Source of the DNA: Theionarchaea archaeon
GTDB lineage: Archaea; Methanobacteriota_B; Thermococci; Methanofastidiosales; SZ-28-30
Assembly (NCBI GenBank): GCA_018992685.1
Contig: JACVGT010000021.1
Location: 64,001-128,000, forward strand
Length of the DNA stretch: 64,000 nt
Direction: 5' to 3'
Position 1 is the first letter of the stretch, and every line of letters begins with the position of its first letter. Under the pieces are notes generated by a model. That model did no database searches. It was given only the letters and a program-made list of their open reading frames with translations, and was not told the origin of the DNA. Below are positions 31,060 through 43,218 of the stretch, one piece after another. A program made the translations under genes and the position numbers.

Positions 31060-31779
31060 ATGAACCCTGCACATTTGTTGTGTGATCCTGACAAGGTCGC
31101 AAGGTCTGTACTTCTCCCCGGAGATCCCAGAAGATCTGAGTGGATAGCAGATTTCTTTGATAATACAGAAAAAGTTGCACACAACAGAGAATTCCTCCTG
31201 TTCACTGGTGAGTACAAAGGTGTTCCAGTTTCTGTATGCTCCACAGGAATTGGCTCTCCTTCAGCAGTCATAGCTCTCGAAGAGCTCATCATGTGTGGTG
31301 CAAAGACTTTCATCAGAGTGGGCACGTGCGGTGCCCTCCAGGAGAACATTGATATCGGGGATTTAGTCATACCTCTGGCCAGCTGCAGAGGAGAAGGAAC
31401 ATCCTCACGGTACGCCCCTCCTGAATTCCCTGCAGTTGCTGACCCTGATGTTGTCGGGAGCTTAAGAAAGGCAGCTCCCGCAGCACATGTGGGTATTGTG
31501 TGGACTGATGATTCTTTCTATTGCTCGGGTGCGCAGTGCTGGCATTCTCTGGGGATTCTAGCAGTGGAAATGGAATGTGCGTCTTTGTTCACCGTGTCTT
31601 TGCTTAAGAAAGTGCAGACGGGAGCAATACTGGCTGTGGATGGGAACATCCTTTTGGGAACGTGTAAGAGTGATAGAAAGGCTACTGATCACACAGAAGT
31701 TTCTCAGGAAACACGGGAAGGTATTGAAAGAGAGATCGAGGCAGCTCTGGAAGCAGTGGTGTACTTGAGCCGGGAATAG
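31060..31779 (+). CDS. Nucleoside (uridine/purine) phosphorylase, PNP_UDP_1 family
   Basis: LLPGDPRR, STGIGSPS, RVGTCG, VEME. Confidence 0.9.
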   Translation: MNPAHLLCDPDKVARSVLLPGDPRRSEWIADFFDNTEKVAHNREFLLFTGEYKGVPVSVCSTGIGSPSAVIALEELIMCGAKTFIRVGTCGALQENIDIGDLVIPLASCRGEGTSSRYAPPEFPAVADPDVVGSLRKAAPAAHVGIVWTDDSFYCSGAQCWHSLGILAVEMECASLFTVSLLKKVQTGAILAVDGNILLGTCKSDRKATDHTEVSQETREGIEREIEAALEAVVYLSRE

Positions 31780-32062
31780 CCCATATCATCACACATGCAG
31801 TGATCCAAGGTCGCTTTCGCGTGCTTTTTCTCATTCCCCTTCCTGGACACTAGAAAGAGGTAACACAATCAAGGAGGAAAAGTTTGCCCTTAACGTGTAA
31901 CTCCGCGTACAGAACACATATATTTACATTGGTCAAATTGATCAAGGTAAACTTGTCATAGGTAAAATCTGGGAATCATCCAGCATCAATTACCTCTTTA
32001 CACAGAGTCCACGCCTTTTCCAGCGAAACGCTTATAAATGAACTGCCCTTTACCATTTCAAG

Positions 32063-32395
32063 GTGACAGACGTGACATTGGAAGTACTCAGAGAAATCAG
32101 AGAAACAGAAGAGAAAGCAGAGAATATCATAGAAAGGGCGCGCATTGAAGCACAGGGTATAATTCGCGACGCCAGACAAGAGGCAGACAGATTATTTCAA
32201 AAGGAACAGGATGAAGCCCAGAAAAGTGGGGAAAAAAAGAAGAAGAGGATCATAGAGGACGCCAAAAAAGAGGCAGAAGATATCAGGAAGGAAGCAGAAC
32301 GGCAGATTCAGGAAATTGCCACTATTCCAGAAAAGAAGGTCGATGAAGCAGTAACAGAAATTGTCAATAGAGTGAGAAAAGATGCCAGTACCTAA
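32063..32395 (+). CDS. atpH: A/V-type ATP synthase subunit H(G)
   Basis: Highly charged helical protein; first gene of the operon; GTG start at 32063 or 32072. Confidence 0.8.
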   Translation: MTDVTLEVLREIRETEEKAENIIERARIEAQGIIRDARQEADRLFQKEQDEAQKSGEKKKKRIIEDAKKEAEDIRKEAERQIQEIATIPEKKVDEAVTEIVNRVRKDAST

Positions 32396-34358
32396 GATGC
32401 TCAAGGTGCACATAGTTGCCCATGCTGACTATAAGGACAAAGTCATAGAAAAGCTCCATGATGCAGGTCTCGTTGAGGTGGAAAGCTTCATTGAGATACC
32501 TGAAGGGTTGCACACAGAAGATGTGGATACAGGCGATCTTGAACGCAGATTGGCCGATCTGACCTTCGGCATTGAGTTCTTGTATAGATTCAGTGAGAAA
32601 CCCAACCTTCTAGAGAGTTTCTTTCTTCCCCGTTACAAGATAGAAAGAAAGGATTACGACTCTGCTGTCAAGGAATTCGATTTTTCAATCATAGAGGAGG
32701 CGAAAGAACTCGACCAGACTCTTTCTGAACTGAAAAACGAAGAGACCCGGCTCAAATCTATTATTCAGCAGTTGCAGCCGTGGGAAAACCTGGGCATTGC
32801 TGTCCGTGACTTTGAGACAGTGAGAACTGTCACTGAGGTAGGAATCATTCCTACCGAGGCTGTGAGCGAAATCTCACAGGTGGACCATGTTCATGTGGAG
32901 ATTCCACTCTCCACTGAGAGGAAAACATGGATATCTGTCACCTATTTGAAAGATTACAGCGATGATATGGAGACAATCTTCCGGAAGCTGGATTTCCAGA
33001 AAGTGTCACTTCCTGGAGGGAGCGAGGGGACTCCAGCAGAAACTATTGAAGAAGCAAGACACCAGATTCAGGAGCTTCAGAAGGAGAGGGAGAAAGCGGA
33101 AGAACGGGGTGCGGCTCTTGCTGAAAAACGAATGCATTTGATGATTGTATACGACCATTACGCGGACATTAAGAAAAAACATGATGTCAGAAAGAATTTT
33201 GCCAGTACGGAAAAATCCTTCATTCTACAAGGGTGGATCAAAAAGGAGGATCTTCCCGTACTAGAAAAGGAACTCTCTTTCATTGATGAAGTGGAGATTT
33301 CCAGTTATGAGCCATCTGACATAGATGATGTTCCGGTGGAGATAGAAAACAAAAGAGCATTCAAGCCCTTTGAGGTCATCACCCGGATCTACGGCCTCCC
33401 CCTGTACAAGGAGATCGATCCCACCCTGCTGCTTTTTCCCTTTTTCATTGTATTTTTTGGATTATGTCTTTCCGATTTTGTGTATGGGGCAGTTCTCATC
33501 CTGCTCTCTGTGTTTGCCCTGAAGAAAATAAAGATCGGGCCTGATGCCGTACTCTTGTTCAAGGTGTTGATTGTGGGTGGAGCAGTCACCATGGTGCTCG
33601 GCCTTTTGACAGGTGGATGGGCAGGCGATCTCACCATGTATTTACCCCAACAGCTTTCATTTCTGGAAAATGTCAGAGAGTCTCTTACGGTGATTAATTT
33701 GTTGGAAAACCCCATTCTTATGTTGGAAATAGCCCTGATCTTGGGATTGATCCAGGTATGGGTGGGGATCTTAATTCGTGGATACATGAATGTGCGAGAC
33801 GGGTATTATCTTGACGCCATCTTTGACCAGGGATTGTGGTTGTTGTTGCTTCCCGTGGGTACACTTACCCTGGTAAATAAGATGTTTGGTGTTGATGTGC
33901 CTGCAGCAGACCTCATGTTCAATCTCTCGCTGGGTGCTCTGGCAGGGTTGGTTCTGACGCAGGGACGCTATCAGAAAGCAAAGAACCCTGTAGTGGCCTT
34001 AGGGAAGAAAGCAATGGTGGGAGTGCTCAGTATCTACAATATTTTCGGGTATCTTGGAGATGTGCTCAGTTATTCACGTATTCTGGCCTTGGGATTGGCC
34101 ACAGCAGCTCTGGCATCTGCTTTTAACATGGTGGCTGTACAGTTTTCAGGAGCGAAGATACTGGGACCAGTTATCATGGTGGTATTCCTCATTTTGCTGC
34201 ACCTTTTGAATATTATCATTTCTTCTCTGAGTGCTTTCGTGCACTCAGGAAGGCTCCAGTTTGTTGAATACTTTACTAAATTCTTGGAAGGAGGCGGACG
34301 CACATTCAAACCATTTGGATCTCGTCCAAAATATGTAAAAATCAAAGAGGAGGACTAG
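32382..34358 (+). CDS. atpI: A/V-type ATP synthase subunit I (a)
   Basis: YGLPLYKEIDPT, DVLSYSRILALGLA, HSGRLQFVEYF. Confidence 0.96.
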   Translation: MPVPKMLKVHIVAHADYKDKVIEKLHDAGLVEVESFIEIPEGLHTEDVDTGDLERRLADLTFGIEFLYRFSEKPNLLESFFLPRYKIERKDYDSAVKEFDFSIIEEAKELDQTLSELKNEETRLKSIIQQLQPWENLGIAVRDFETVRTVTEVGIIPTEAVSEISQVDHVHVEIPLSTERKTWISVTYLKDYSDDMETIFRKLDFQKVSLPGGSEGTPAETIEEARHQIQELQKEREKAEERGAALAEKRMHLMIVYDHYADIKKKHDVRKNFASTEKSFILQGWIKKEDLPVLEKELSFIDEVEISSYEPSDIDDVPVEIENKRAFKPFEVITRIYGLPLYKEIDPTLLLFPFFIVFFGLCLSDFVYGAVLILLSVFALKKIKIGPDAVLLFKVLIVGGAVTMVLGLLTGGWAGDLTMYLPQQLSFLENVRESLTVINLLENPILMLEIALILGLIQVWVGILIRGYMNVRDGYYLDAIFDQGLWLLLLPVGTLTLVNKMFGVDVPAADLMFNLSLGALAGLVLTQGRYQKAKNPVVALGKKAMVGVLSIYNIFGYLGDVLSYSRILALGLATAALASAFNMVAVQFSGAKILGPVIMVVFLILLHLLNIIISSLSAFVHSGRLQFVEYFTKFLEGGGRTFKPFGSRPKYVKIKEED

Positions 34359-34850
<492 letters not shown>

Positions 34851-34854
34851 TGCT

Positions 34855-35439
34855 ATGGGAGTAGAAGATATCAAGAGGAAGATAATTACCGATGCGGAAA
34901 AGGAAAAGGAGAAGATCCTAGAGGAAGCCAGGGAGAAAGCAGCCCACATCATGGACGAAAAGAGGAAATCTGCCCAGAAAAGGAAAGAAGAAATCCTTTC
35001 TAGAGCAGAAAAGGATGGCGAAATGGAGAAGAGCAGGATCTTGACTATCGAAAAGCTCGAATCCAGGAAAAATCTGCTGGCAGCAAAGCAGACTGTCATA
35101 CAGCGCGTATTTGATGCCGCCCTGGAGCACCTATCTGCCTCAGATGAATATGAAGGAATTCTGGCAGAACGCATTACACACGTGGCTCATGGAGGGGAGG
35201 AAATCATTCTCTCTCCCAGAGATAGAAAGCACCTGGGCAAGGCTTTTTTTGACAGGGTGAACTCCACATTGAGCCAGCCTCTGACTCCGTCCACTGAAAC
35301 CAGGAACATTGCAGGAGGATTCATATTGAAGAGGGGCGACATTGAGATCAATGAAAGCTTCGACATGCAGATGCGTGAACTGCGGGATGACATGGAACGT
35401 GAGGTAGCACACATTCTCTTTTCAGGTGATAGCAGGTGA
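34855..35439 (+). CDS. atpE: A/V-type ATP synthase subunit E
   Basis: Charged N-terminal helix, IAGGFIL, operon position. Confidence 0.9.
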   Translation: MGVEDIKRKIITDAEKEKEKILEEAREKAAHIMDEKRKSAQKRKEEILSRAEKDGEMEKSRILTIEKLESRKNLLAAKQTVIQRVFDAALEHLSASDEYEGILAERITHVAHGGEEIILSPRDRKHLGKAFFDRVNSTLSQPLTPSTETRNIAGGFILKRGDIEINESFDMQMRELRDDMEREVAHILFSGDSR

Positions 35440-36410
35440 CGGGCTCCAAGTATGCCTATGCATTCGGAAGGATAAAGGCCCTTGAAGTGGGATTGATCGA
35501 TGCATCCCAGCTCAAGAGGATGATCGATGCCCGCACAGCTCAGGACGCAGTGAAGATTGTGGCAGAAACATCATATGGAACCTATCTTTCTGAGAGTCCA
35601 GACATACCAGAAATTGAGCGTGCTATCCTTCAAGAAGTGGAAAGGACCTACCAGGTTGTGGGGAAGATATCGCCCGAGAAGGCTGTTACTGATCTTCTTC
35701 AGCTCAAGTATGATATACACAATATCAAGATCTTACTCAAGTCGCAGATAACAGGAAAGGACCTGTCTCATCTGCTGGTGCCCCTGGGGAGAGAAGGTTC
35801 TGGCGCATTGAAGGCAGCATGCGATGGAGATCTGAAGGCAGTATCCCCTGAGGTAGCACAGATCATTCAGAAAGCACTCTCGCTGTATGAAGAGAGCGGG
35901 GATTTTCAGAAAGTCCAGTTCTTTCTGGACAGGGAGCATTCCCTTTTGCTCAGTGAGGGTTTCAGTGAAATCCCTTTCCTGCGGCAGTACAATGCCCTTG
36001 CAGTTGATCTAGAGAATATTCGCAACTTCATCAGAGCAGAAAAGATGGAAATCGGGTTTGAGGAGGTCTTCTTGTCAGGAGGGACACTGGTGCTGGCTTT
36101 TTTTTCTGAGGTAAAGGATCAACCCGCTGACTACTTTATGGAATCCACCAGGAATCGTGATTTTGCAGGTGTGGTTCATGAGGGGTTGACTGCCTATCAG
36201 GAGACAGGCTCACTCTCTCGTTACGAGACGCTGGTAGACAACTTCCTCATGGAGTACATGAAGAAAGCAAAGACATACTCCCTTTCTCTTGAGCCGGTAG
36301 TTGGATACCTCTTTGCCAAAGAACGGGAGGCAAAAGTGGTGAGACAGATACTTATTTCAAAAATGAAAGGGATCGATATCACAGGAAGGGTGAGTGACGT
36401 TTATGAATAA
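35436..36410 (+). CDS. atpC: A/V-type ATP synthase subunit C
   Basis: YAFGRIKALE, YDIHNIK, DLENIR, YLFAKERE; GTGA overlap. Confidence 0.9.
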   Translation: MTGSKYAYAFGRIKALEVGLIDASQLKRMIDARTAQDAVKIVAETSYGTYLSESPDIPEIERAILQEVERTYQVVGKISPEKAVTDLLQLKYDIHNIKILLKSQITGKDLSHLLVPLGREGSGALKAACDGDLKAVSPEVAQIIQKALSLYEESGDFQKVQFFLDREHSLLLSEGFSEIPFLRQYNALAVDLENIRNFIRAEKMEIGFEEVFLSGGTLVLAFFSEVKDQPADYFMESTRNRDFAGVVHEGLTAYQETGSLSRYETLVDNFLMEYMKKAKTYSLSLEPVVGYLFAKEREAKVVRQILISKMKGIDITGRVSDVYE

Positions 36411-36720
36411 GATAGCAATGATATCAGATAGAGAGACAGGATTGATCTTTAAGAACATGGGAATCGATAGTCTGGAGGCTGAAACTCCCGACATGGCCTC
36501 TGCACTCCTGAGAGAACACGCCAAGGAGTATGGAATCATCTTCATCACGGAAGACCTGGCAGTACAGATTGCAGGTACTATTGAGGAATATGCATCTTCA
36601 AGTCTTCCTGCAGTCATTGAAATACCTTCATTTGAGGGGCCAAAAGGCCTGGGCAAAATGAAGATGAGACGCATCTGCGAAAAAGCTGCAGGTGCTGATA
36701 TTCTGTTTAAGGAGGAATGA
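36403..36720 (+). CDS. atpF: A/V-type ATP synthase subunit F
   Basis: [31 protein letters not shown]. Confidence 0.92.
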   Translation: MNKIAMISDRETGLIFKNMGIDSLEAETPDMASALLREHAKEYGIIFITEDLAVQIAGTIEEYASSSLPAVIEIPSFEGPKGLGKMKMRRICEKAAGADILFKEE

Positions 36721-38465
36721 TTATGGGTACAATTATCAAGGTGTCTGGACCCGTGGTGGTGGCAGAGAAGATGGAAAATGCCCGAATGTACGATGTGTGC
36801 AGGGTGGCAGACGAGCGGCTGATTGGTGAAATCATTGAGCTGCGAGGCGATAAAGCCACCATTCAAGTATATGAAGAGACAGCAGGATTAGGCCCGGGCG
36901 ATCCCGTTGAATCCACAGGGAAACCATTGAGTGTGGAACTGGGTCCGGGAATGATTGAGTCAATTTATGATGGAATACAGAGACCTCTGGATGTGATCAG
37001 GGATAGAATTGGACCCCACATCAAGAGAGGAATTGAGCAACCTGGTATTGACAGGAAAAAGAAGTGGGAGTTCCAGCCCTTGCTGAAAAAAGGGCAGAAA
37101 GTCGTGAGTGGAGATATCCTGGGCGTTGTGCAGGAAGGCCCCCTGGTGAGCCACCGGATTCTGATTCCCATAGGCTCAGAGGGAGAGATCGAAGAGATCT
37201 TTTCTGGAACCTTTACGGTGGAGGAAACTGTTGCCACCCTTGATGGCACGGATATTTCTATGCTTCAGAAATGGCCTGTTCGAAAGGGGAGACCATACAA
37301 GGAGAAGCTGCCACCGTCCAGCCCACTGGTGACGGGGCAGCGCATTGTGGATACCTTCTTTCCCATGGCCAAGGGCGGGACTGCGTGCTGTCCGGGACCG
37401 TTTGGATCGGGAAAGACCGTGACACAGCACCAACTGGCGAAATGGGCAGAGGCAGATATCATATTCTTTGTAGGATGCGGAGAACGCGGTAATGAAATGG
37501 CAGAAGTGCTACGGGAATTCCCCGGGCTGCAGGATCCCAAGAGTGGGGAACCGCTGATGAAGAGAACTGTCTTGGTGGCCAATACTTCAGACATGCCCGT
37601 GGCAGCACGGGAAGCTTCCATTTACACGGGAATTACACTGGCAGAGTATTTCAGAGATATGGGGTATTCAGTGGCCTTGATGGCAGATTCCACATCCAGG
37701 TGGGCTGAAGCACTGCGAGAGATATCAGGGCGGCTGGAAGAAATGCCAGGTGAAGAGGGGTACCCCGCATATCTGGCGTCCCGGCTGGCTGAATTCTATG
37801 AACGTGCAGGCAAGGTGGTTACCTTGGGGTCTGAGTACAGGGAAGGGTCATTGTCTGTAATTGGAGCAGTTTCTCCTCCCGGTGGGGACTTTTCAGAGCC
37901 TGTGACCCAGGCCACTCTGAGAATCACCAAGGTGTTCTGGGGCCTGGATGCACGACTGGCCTTTGCCAGACACTTCCCGGCCATCGACTGGCTACAGAGT
38001 TATTCACTGTATCTGGACGATGTGAAAGACTGGTGGACTGAAAATGTTTCCGGGAACTGGAGAAGCTACCGGGATGAAGCCATGCGTATCCTGCAGGAAG
38101 AAGCGGAATTGGAAGAGATTGTACGGCTGGTAGGAGTTGAAGCCCTGTCCAACAGAGACCGATTGTTGTTGGAGACTGCAAAATCTCTGCGAGAAGATTT
38201 CCTTCACCAGAATGCGTACCATGAGATTGATACGTATACGTCTTCTGAAAAGCAGTTCACCATGCTGGAACTCATCCTTGATCTCCATCACTGGGGCCTG
38301 GATGCACTGGGCAGGGGTGCACCCATTAAGCCGATACTGGAATTGAAAGAAAGGGAAGATATCGCCAAACTCAAGTTCGTTTCAGAAGAGGAATTTCCCA
38401 AGGCACTGGAGGGGTTGAGGGAGCGAATACGAACTGCAGTGCAGTCCATGAAGGGAGGAGATTGA
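36717..38465 (+). CDS. atpA: A/V-type ATP synthase subunit A
   Basis: [38 protein letters not shown]; no intein. Confidence 0.98.
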   Translation: MIMGTIIKVSGPVVVAEKMENARMYDVCRVADERLIGEIIELRGDKATIQVYEETAGLGPGDPVESTGKPLSVELGPGMIESIYDGIQRPLDVIRDRIGPHIKRGIEQPGIDRKKKWEFQPLLKKGQKVVSGDILGVVQEGPLVSHRILIPIGSEGEIEEIFSGTFTVEETVATLDGTDISMLQKWPVRKGRPYKEKLPPSSPLVTGQRIVDTFFPMAKGGTACCPGPFGSGKTVTQHQLAKWAEADIIFFVGCGERGNEMAEVLREFPGLQDPKSGEPLMKRTVLVANTSDMPVAAREASIYTGITLAEYFRDMGYSVALMADSTSRWAEALREISGRLEEMPGEEGYPAYLASRLAEFYERAGKVVTLGSEYREGSLSVIGAVSPPGGDFSEPVTQATLRITKVFWGLDARLAFARHFPAIDWLQSYSLYLDDVKDWWTENVSGNWRSYRDEAMRILQEEAELEEIVRLVGVEALSNRDRLLLETAKSLREDFLHQNAYHEIDTYTSSEKQFTMLELILDLHHWGLDALGRGAPIKPILELKEREDIAKLKFVSEEEFPKALEGLRERIRTAVQSMKGGD

Positions 38466-39878
38466 ATGCCCAAAGAATACAGGACCATTTCTGAGATAGC
38501 AGGCCCCCTGATGGTAGTAGAAAAGATCGAAGGAGTGAAATACGGAGAACTTGTGGAAATCGAGCTTGCTTCTGGAGAAAAGAGAAGAGGCCGTGTCTTG
38601 GAAGTGGAAGTAGGCAAGGCTCTGGTGCAGATTTTTGAAGGTTCTTCAGAGCTTGATGTGAATCAGACCAAGGTGCGTTTCCTGGGCAAGGGAATTGAAC
38701 TGGCTGTATCCCAGGACATGCTGGGTCGAGTGTTTTCGGGATTGGGTGAACCAATAGATAAGGGTCCCAGAATTATCCCTGAAGATCGTCTGGACATTTC
38801 AGGAAGCCCGATCAACCCATATGCTCGCGATTATCCTATAGACTTTATTCAAACTGGTATATCTGCTATTGATGGAATGAATTCTCTGGTGCGGGGACAG
38901 AAGCTTCCCATTTTCTCCGGATCAGGACTGCCCCATGCTGCCATTGCTGCACAGATTGCCAGGCAATCCAGAGTGCTCAAGACAGAAGAAGAATTCGCTG
39001 TGGTCTTTGGAGCAATGGGAGTCACCTTTGAAGAAGCCAATTACTTCATTTCCGACTTCAGACAGACGGGAGCCATTGAACGGTCGGTAGTGTTCATTAA
39101 TCTGGCAGATGACCCGGCTGTGGAGAGAATATCGACTCCCCGGATGGCTTTAACTGCAGCAGAATACCTGGCATTTACCCTGGACATGCACGTTCTGGTC
39201 ATTCTGACTGACATGACCAACTACTGTGAGGCACTGCGGGAGATCTCTGCTGCCAGGATGGAAGTCCCGGGAAGAAGAGGGTATCCCGGGTACATGTACA
39301 CTGATCTGGCCACCATCTATGAGAGAGCGGGTAGGATAAAGGGCAAGAAGGGTTCAATAACGTCATTTCCTATTCTGTCCATGCCCGAAGACGACATAAC
39401 TCACCCCATACCAGATCTTACGGGGTACATAACAGAAGGGCAGATTTTCCTCAGCAGGGAACTGCACAGGAAAGGTATCTACCCCCCTATTGACGTGCTT
39501 CCTTCATTATCTCGTCTGAAAGACCTGGGTATCGGTGTTGTCAAGGAAACAGGGGAACTAAGAACAAGAGAAGATCACCCGGATGTTTTGAACCAGTTGT
39601 ATGCTGCCTATGCCAGAGGAAAGGAAGCACGAGAACTGGCAGTCATCTTGGGTGAAGCAGCCCTGACTGACGTTGACAAGAAGTTCCTGGGATTCGCAGA
39701 CCAATTTGAGCAGAAGTTTGTGGCCCAGGGCGACCATGAGAACAGGACTATCGAACAGACCCTGGACATCGGCTGGGATCTCCTGACCACCCTCCCAGAA
39801 GGGGAACTGAAACGTATCAGGCCAGAATACATTGAGAAATATCTGAGACCACGGAAGACATCCGGAGAAGGAGCATAA
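38466..39878 (+). CDS. atpB: A/V-type ATP synthase subunit B
   Basis: [47 protein letters not shown]. Confidence 0.98.
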   Translation: MPKEYRTISEIAGPLMVVEKIEGVKYGELVEIELASGEKRRGRVLEVEVGKALVQIFEGSSELDVNQTKVRFLGKGIELAVSQDMLGRVFSGLGEPIDKGPRIIPEDRLDISGSPINPYARDYPIDFIQTGISAIDGMNSLVRGQKLPIFSGSGLPHAAIAAQIARQSRVLKTEEEFAVVFGAMGVTFEEANYFISDFRQTGAIERSVVFINLADDPAVERISTPRMALTAAEYLAFTLDMHVLVILTDMTNYCEALREISAARMEVPGRRGYPGYMYTDLATIYERAGRIKGKKGSITSFPILSMPEDDITHPIPDLTGYITEGQIFLSRELHRKGIYPPIDVLPSLSRLKDLGIGVVKETGELRTREDHPDVLNQLYAAYARGKEARELAVILGEAALTDVDKKFLGFADQFEQKFVAQGDHENRTIEQTLDIGWDLLTTLPEGELKRIRPEYIEKYLRPRKTSGEGA

Positions 39879-39880
39879 CC

Positions 39881-40498
39881 ATGGCAAAGGTCAATGCAAC
39901 TCGAATGGAACTACTGAAACTGAAAAAACGGGTCAAACTGGCTAAGAGAGGACATAAATTGCTGAAAGATAAACGAGATGAGCTCATGAAGCAATTCCTC
40001 TCTCTTATTCACAGGAACCGGGAACTGCGAGAGGAGATTGAACGGGAAATCGCAGTAGTGTACCGCACCTTTATGTCGGCTCGCTCACTGATGTCCCCCG
40101 AAATGCTGGAAGAGGCTCTCATGCTTCCTAAGGCGCGCCTGCACGTGGATGTTGGAACCAGATTGATCATGAGTGTCCAGGTTCCCCAGATCGTGGTATC
40201 ACAGAAAGGGGAAGGCATCCTCTCTTATGGCCTGTACAATGTCCCCTCCGAGCTCGATGAGTCGCTGGAGGCACTCCAAGACCTAATGCCCAAGTTGATC
40301 CAGCTGGCCGAGATGGAAAAATCGCTGGAGCTTCTGGCAGCAGAAATCGAGAAGACCAGGAGACGGGTGAATGCACTTGAATATGTGTTGATCCCCGAGC
40401 TGGAAAGTACTGCCAGATTCATTGAGATGAAACTCGACGAGATGGAACGTTCAGCTCTGACGACCCTCATGAGTATCACGGGAAAACTGAGAGAGTGA
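39881..40498 (+). CDS. atpD: A/V-type ATP synthase subunit D
   Basis: TRMEL, RGHKLLKDKRDEL, KTRRRVNALE. Confidence 0.97.
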   Translation: MAKVNATRMELLKLKKRVKLAKRGHKLLKDKRDELMKQFLSLIHRNRELREEIEREIAVVYRTFMSARSLMSPEMLEEALMLPKARLHVDVGTRLIMSVQVPQIVVSQKGEGILSYGLYNVPSELDESLEALQDLMPKLIQLAEMEKSLELLAAEIEKTRRRVNALEYVLIPELESTARFIEMKLDEMERSALTTLMSITGKLRE

Positions 40499-40572
40499 GG
40501 GAGGATTGTAGATGAGTTCTCTTTCTCGCACATGACACGAACACTTTTATTCTTGTGCTTCCCTTGAAGTGC

Positions 40573-41529
40573 ATGGAGATCCGCAAGCTGCAGTGCACTG
40601 GAGGCGGCACCTACATTCTGTCATTGCCCAAGAAGTGGATAGAGAAGTATTCTTTACAGAAAGGGGACAGTTTCGGCTTATTTGAACAGGAAAACGGATT
40701 ATTCATAACTCCAAAATTTGAAGAAAGAAAGGAGAAGCAGGTGGAGATCACCGCGGACGAATTTGTAGCCAGAAAAATTATGACGTCCTACACGTATGGG
40801 TATTCCTCCCTTTCCATTACTGGTAACCTGACCAATGAAGTCAGGTCTCAGATTCGAAAGACGGTGGATACCTTGCTGGGATATGAGATAATTGATGAGA
40901 AAGAGAACGCCATATTCGTCCAGGACTTGCTGAACCCCTCAGAACTTACCACTGAGAAAGCTCTCAAGAGAGAGTATTTTCTGGCTTCCAGCATGCATAA
41001 AGACCTCAACAGAGCCATATCTTCTCAGAGGTTTGGAATGGCAAATGATATCATCACCCGGGATTCCGAAGTGGACAAGCTATATTTTCTGATTGTGAGG
41101 CAGCTGAGGTCAGCTCTCCAGAATACAGGGTTTGCAGAGAAGGTGGGTGTCTCCCCCTTGGAATGCCTGGATGTCCGCATTGTTGCCAAGAACGTGGAGG
41201 AGATAGGGGATTCGGCTGAGACTGCATCCCGCAACCTCCTTGAAATTGACTCAATGCCAGAAGACATTGCAGAGGATATGGTCAGCTTCAGTGAGCTTGC
41301 CTTCTTGATGCACGAGACAGCATTTAGGGCCTTCCTGGATGCAGACAGGGCAAAGGCGAACCTCGTCATTGAGAAACTTGACGAAGCGGTGTCACGGAAA
41401 GAGGAACTCGATGAGAGAATTCTGAAGGCTGAACAGGCAGTGCTTCTGGGAAATATTGTAGAGAATATCGAGATTATCTGCGAAAAGGGAAGTGATGTGG
41501 CAGACCTGGTGTTCACTCCAGAGGACTGA
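40573..41529 (+). CDS. AbrB-domain/PhoU-repeat phosphate uptake regulator-like protein
   Basis: MEIRKLQCTGGGTYILSLPKKW AbrB-like N-terminus; DSEVDKLY and EEIGD PhoU motifs. Confidence 0.85.
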   Translation: MEIRKLQCTGGGTYILSLPKKWIEKYSLQKGDSFGLFEQENGLFITPKFEERKEKQVEITADEFVARKIMTSYTYGYSSLSITGNLTNEVRSQIRKTVDTLLGYEIIDEKENAIFVQDLLNPSELTTEKALKREYFLASSMHKDLNRAISSQRFGMANDIITRDSEVDKLYFLIVRQLRSALQNTGFAEKVGVSPLECLDVRIVAKNVEEIGDSAETASRNLLEIDSMPEDIAEDMVSFSELAFLMHETAFRAFLDADRAKANLVIEKLDEAVSRKEELDERILKAEQAVLLGNIVENIEIICEKGSDVADLVFTPED

Positions 41530-41559
41530 CTCATAAGATATAAAGAAAAGAGAAGAATA

Positions 41560-43209
41560 TTACAAGATATCCAGTGCGCGAGACAATACGTGACTTCCTC
41601 TGTAATCAGGAAGCAGCATGGGTGCTCTCCTGTCTGTCTCTACTCCGGCATTCTGCAAAGCTTCTTCGTATTTCCGTACATGATCCAAACTCAATTTGCC
41701 TAGTGCCACTTTCTTCACATATTCTGCTGCATTGATGCCAGCTCGTCTCCCGAAGACATTGTAGTCCAGAAGCGAATTGCCCATCAGCCTGTTCTTTCCA
41801 TGGACTCCACCTTCAACCTCTCCGCCTGCGAACAACCCAGGGACAGACGTTTCCGCCTTATCGGTTATCTCCACACCGCCGTTCTGATAGTGAAGCGTGG
41901 GAAAGACCAGGATGGGGTCCTGGGTCATATCAATGCCAAACCGTTCAAACATCCGCACCATGGCCGCTAGGTTCTTTCTGATAGTACCCTCCCCCTTTAG
42001 ATCATCGATCATGGGAGAATCCAGCCACACACCTTTCATTCCCGTGGGAGTGGTAAGCCCATTGTCCCTCCCATAGCATTCTCGAATGAAGTTTGCAGAT
42101 TCTACATCTCTGGGCTCCAGCGGGTACACAAAGAGTTCACCATCCTTGTTCACCGGTTGGGCACCCAACCCCCTTACCTTCTCTGTCACCAGTAGTCCCA
42201 CAATTTGCTCAGGGTACGCGGCTCCCGTGGGATGATACTGCACAGAGTCGAGGTCAATGAGATTGGCACCTACATGATAGGCCATAACAAGCCCGTCCGC
42301 CGTCGCTCCATAGTGGTTGGTGGTGGCAAATCCCTGGATGTGTAACCGCCCAAATCCACCGGTGGCCAGAATCACAGCCTTTGCCCTTACCACGTAGTAC
42401 TGATCTGTCTCCATGTTGAAAAGAACAGCTCCTGCAATCCTGCCCTGATCATCCTTTAACAACTCCACAGCAGGAGAGAATTCCAGTACAGGGACTCCAA
42501 TGTTCCGGGCTTCATCCCTGACTGTCCGCATGATCTCCATCCCCGTATAGTCCCTGGCAGAGTGCATCCTCTTTCTAGAGGTCCCCCCTCCGCTGAGCTC
42601 CATCATCACTCCTTTGTCATCTTTATCATACATGACTCCCAGTTCCTCATGCCACTTTATGATTCTGGGCGCATCCATGGTCAACGCTCTTACCAGTTCG
42701 GGCTTGTTGGTGAAATGCCCTCCTCCAATAGCATCCAGATAATGGCGAGGAGGACTATCTTCCGGTCGATCTGCAGCCTGAATTCCACCCTGGGCCATCA
42801 TGGAGTTGGAGTCACCATGTCGCAGTTTGGTGGTTATGAGCATCCTGTCCACAGGTATCCCTGCATAGTGGGCCCAGAGAGCAGCAACAGTGCCTGCACC
42901 TCCACCACCGATGATGAGAATGTCACAATCATGATCGACCTTGGACAGATCAACATCATCAGGATCTATCAGCGGGTGGGCTTCAAGCAAATCTGCCACC
43001 TCATGAGGCAGGCGCTGCCCCTTGCTTGGTCCAATCTTCAGGTCTCGCTTCGCTTCCGGCTTGTAATCCGGGTGGTATTCGTTGAGAATCTGTTCCCTCT
43101 CCTCCAGGGTCATGGCCTTAAATGTGGCTTTCAGTCTCTGAGGGCGGGTTTTCTCCACTTTTTCTATTGATTCTCGCATGTAGTCTGGATAACCTCTGAT
43201 TATTTCCAT
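41560..43209 (-). CDS. Fumarate reductase/succinate dehydrogenase-family flavoprotein (TfrA-like, non-covalent FAD)
   Basis: GGGGAG, SMMAQGGI, LATGG, QYHPTG, TEKVRG, EPRD, HYQNGG, GKNRLMGNSL. Confidence 0.88.
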   Translation of the reverse strand: MEIIRGYPDYMRESIEKVEKTRPQRLKATFKAMTLEEREQILNEYHPDYKPEAKRDLKIGPSKGQRLPHEVADLLEAHPLIDPDDVDLSKVDHDCDILIIGGGGAGTVAALWAHYAGIPVDRMLITTKLRHGDSNSMMAQGGIQAADRPEDSPPRHYLDAIGGGHFTNKPELVRALTMDAPRIIKWHEELGVMYDKDDKGVMMELSGGGTSRKRMHSARDYTGMEIMRTVRDEARNIGVPVLEFSPAVELLKDDQGRIAGAVLFNMETDQYYVVRAKAVILATGGFGRLHIQGFATTNHYGATADGLVMAYHVGANLIDLDSVQYHPTGAAYPEQIVGLLVTEKVRGLGAQPVNKDGELFVYPLEPRDVESANFIRECYGRDNGLTTPTGMKGVWLDSPMIDDLKGEGTIRKNLAAMVRMFERFGIDMTQDPILVFPTLHYQNGGVEITDKAETSVPGLFAGGEVEGGVHGKNRLMGNSLLDYNVFGRRAGINAAEYVKKVALGKLSLDHVRKYEEALQNAGVETDRRAPMLLPDYRGSHVLSRALDIL

Positions 43210-43218
43210 GAATATCCC

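Noticed and set aside
36717-38465. Possible inteins in AtpA (also checked Cdc6 and XPD)
   Set aside because: Normal lengths, continuous motifs, no intein splice-junction or LAGLIDADG blocks
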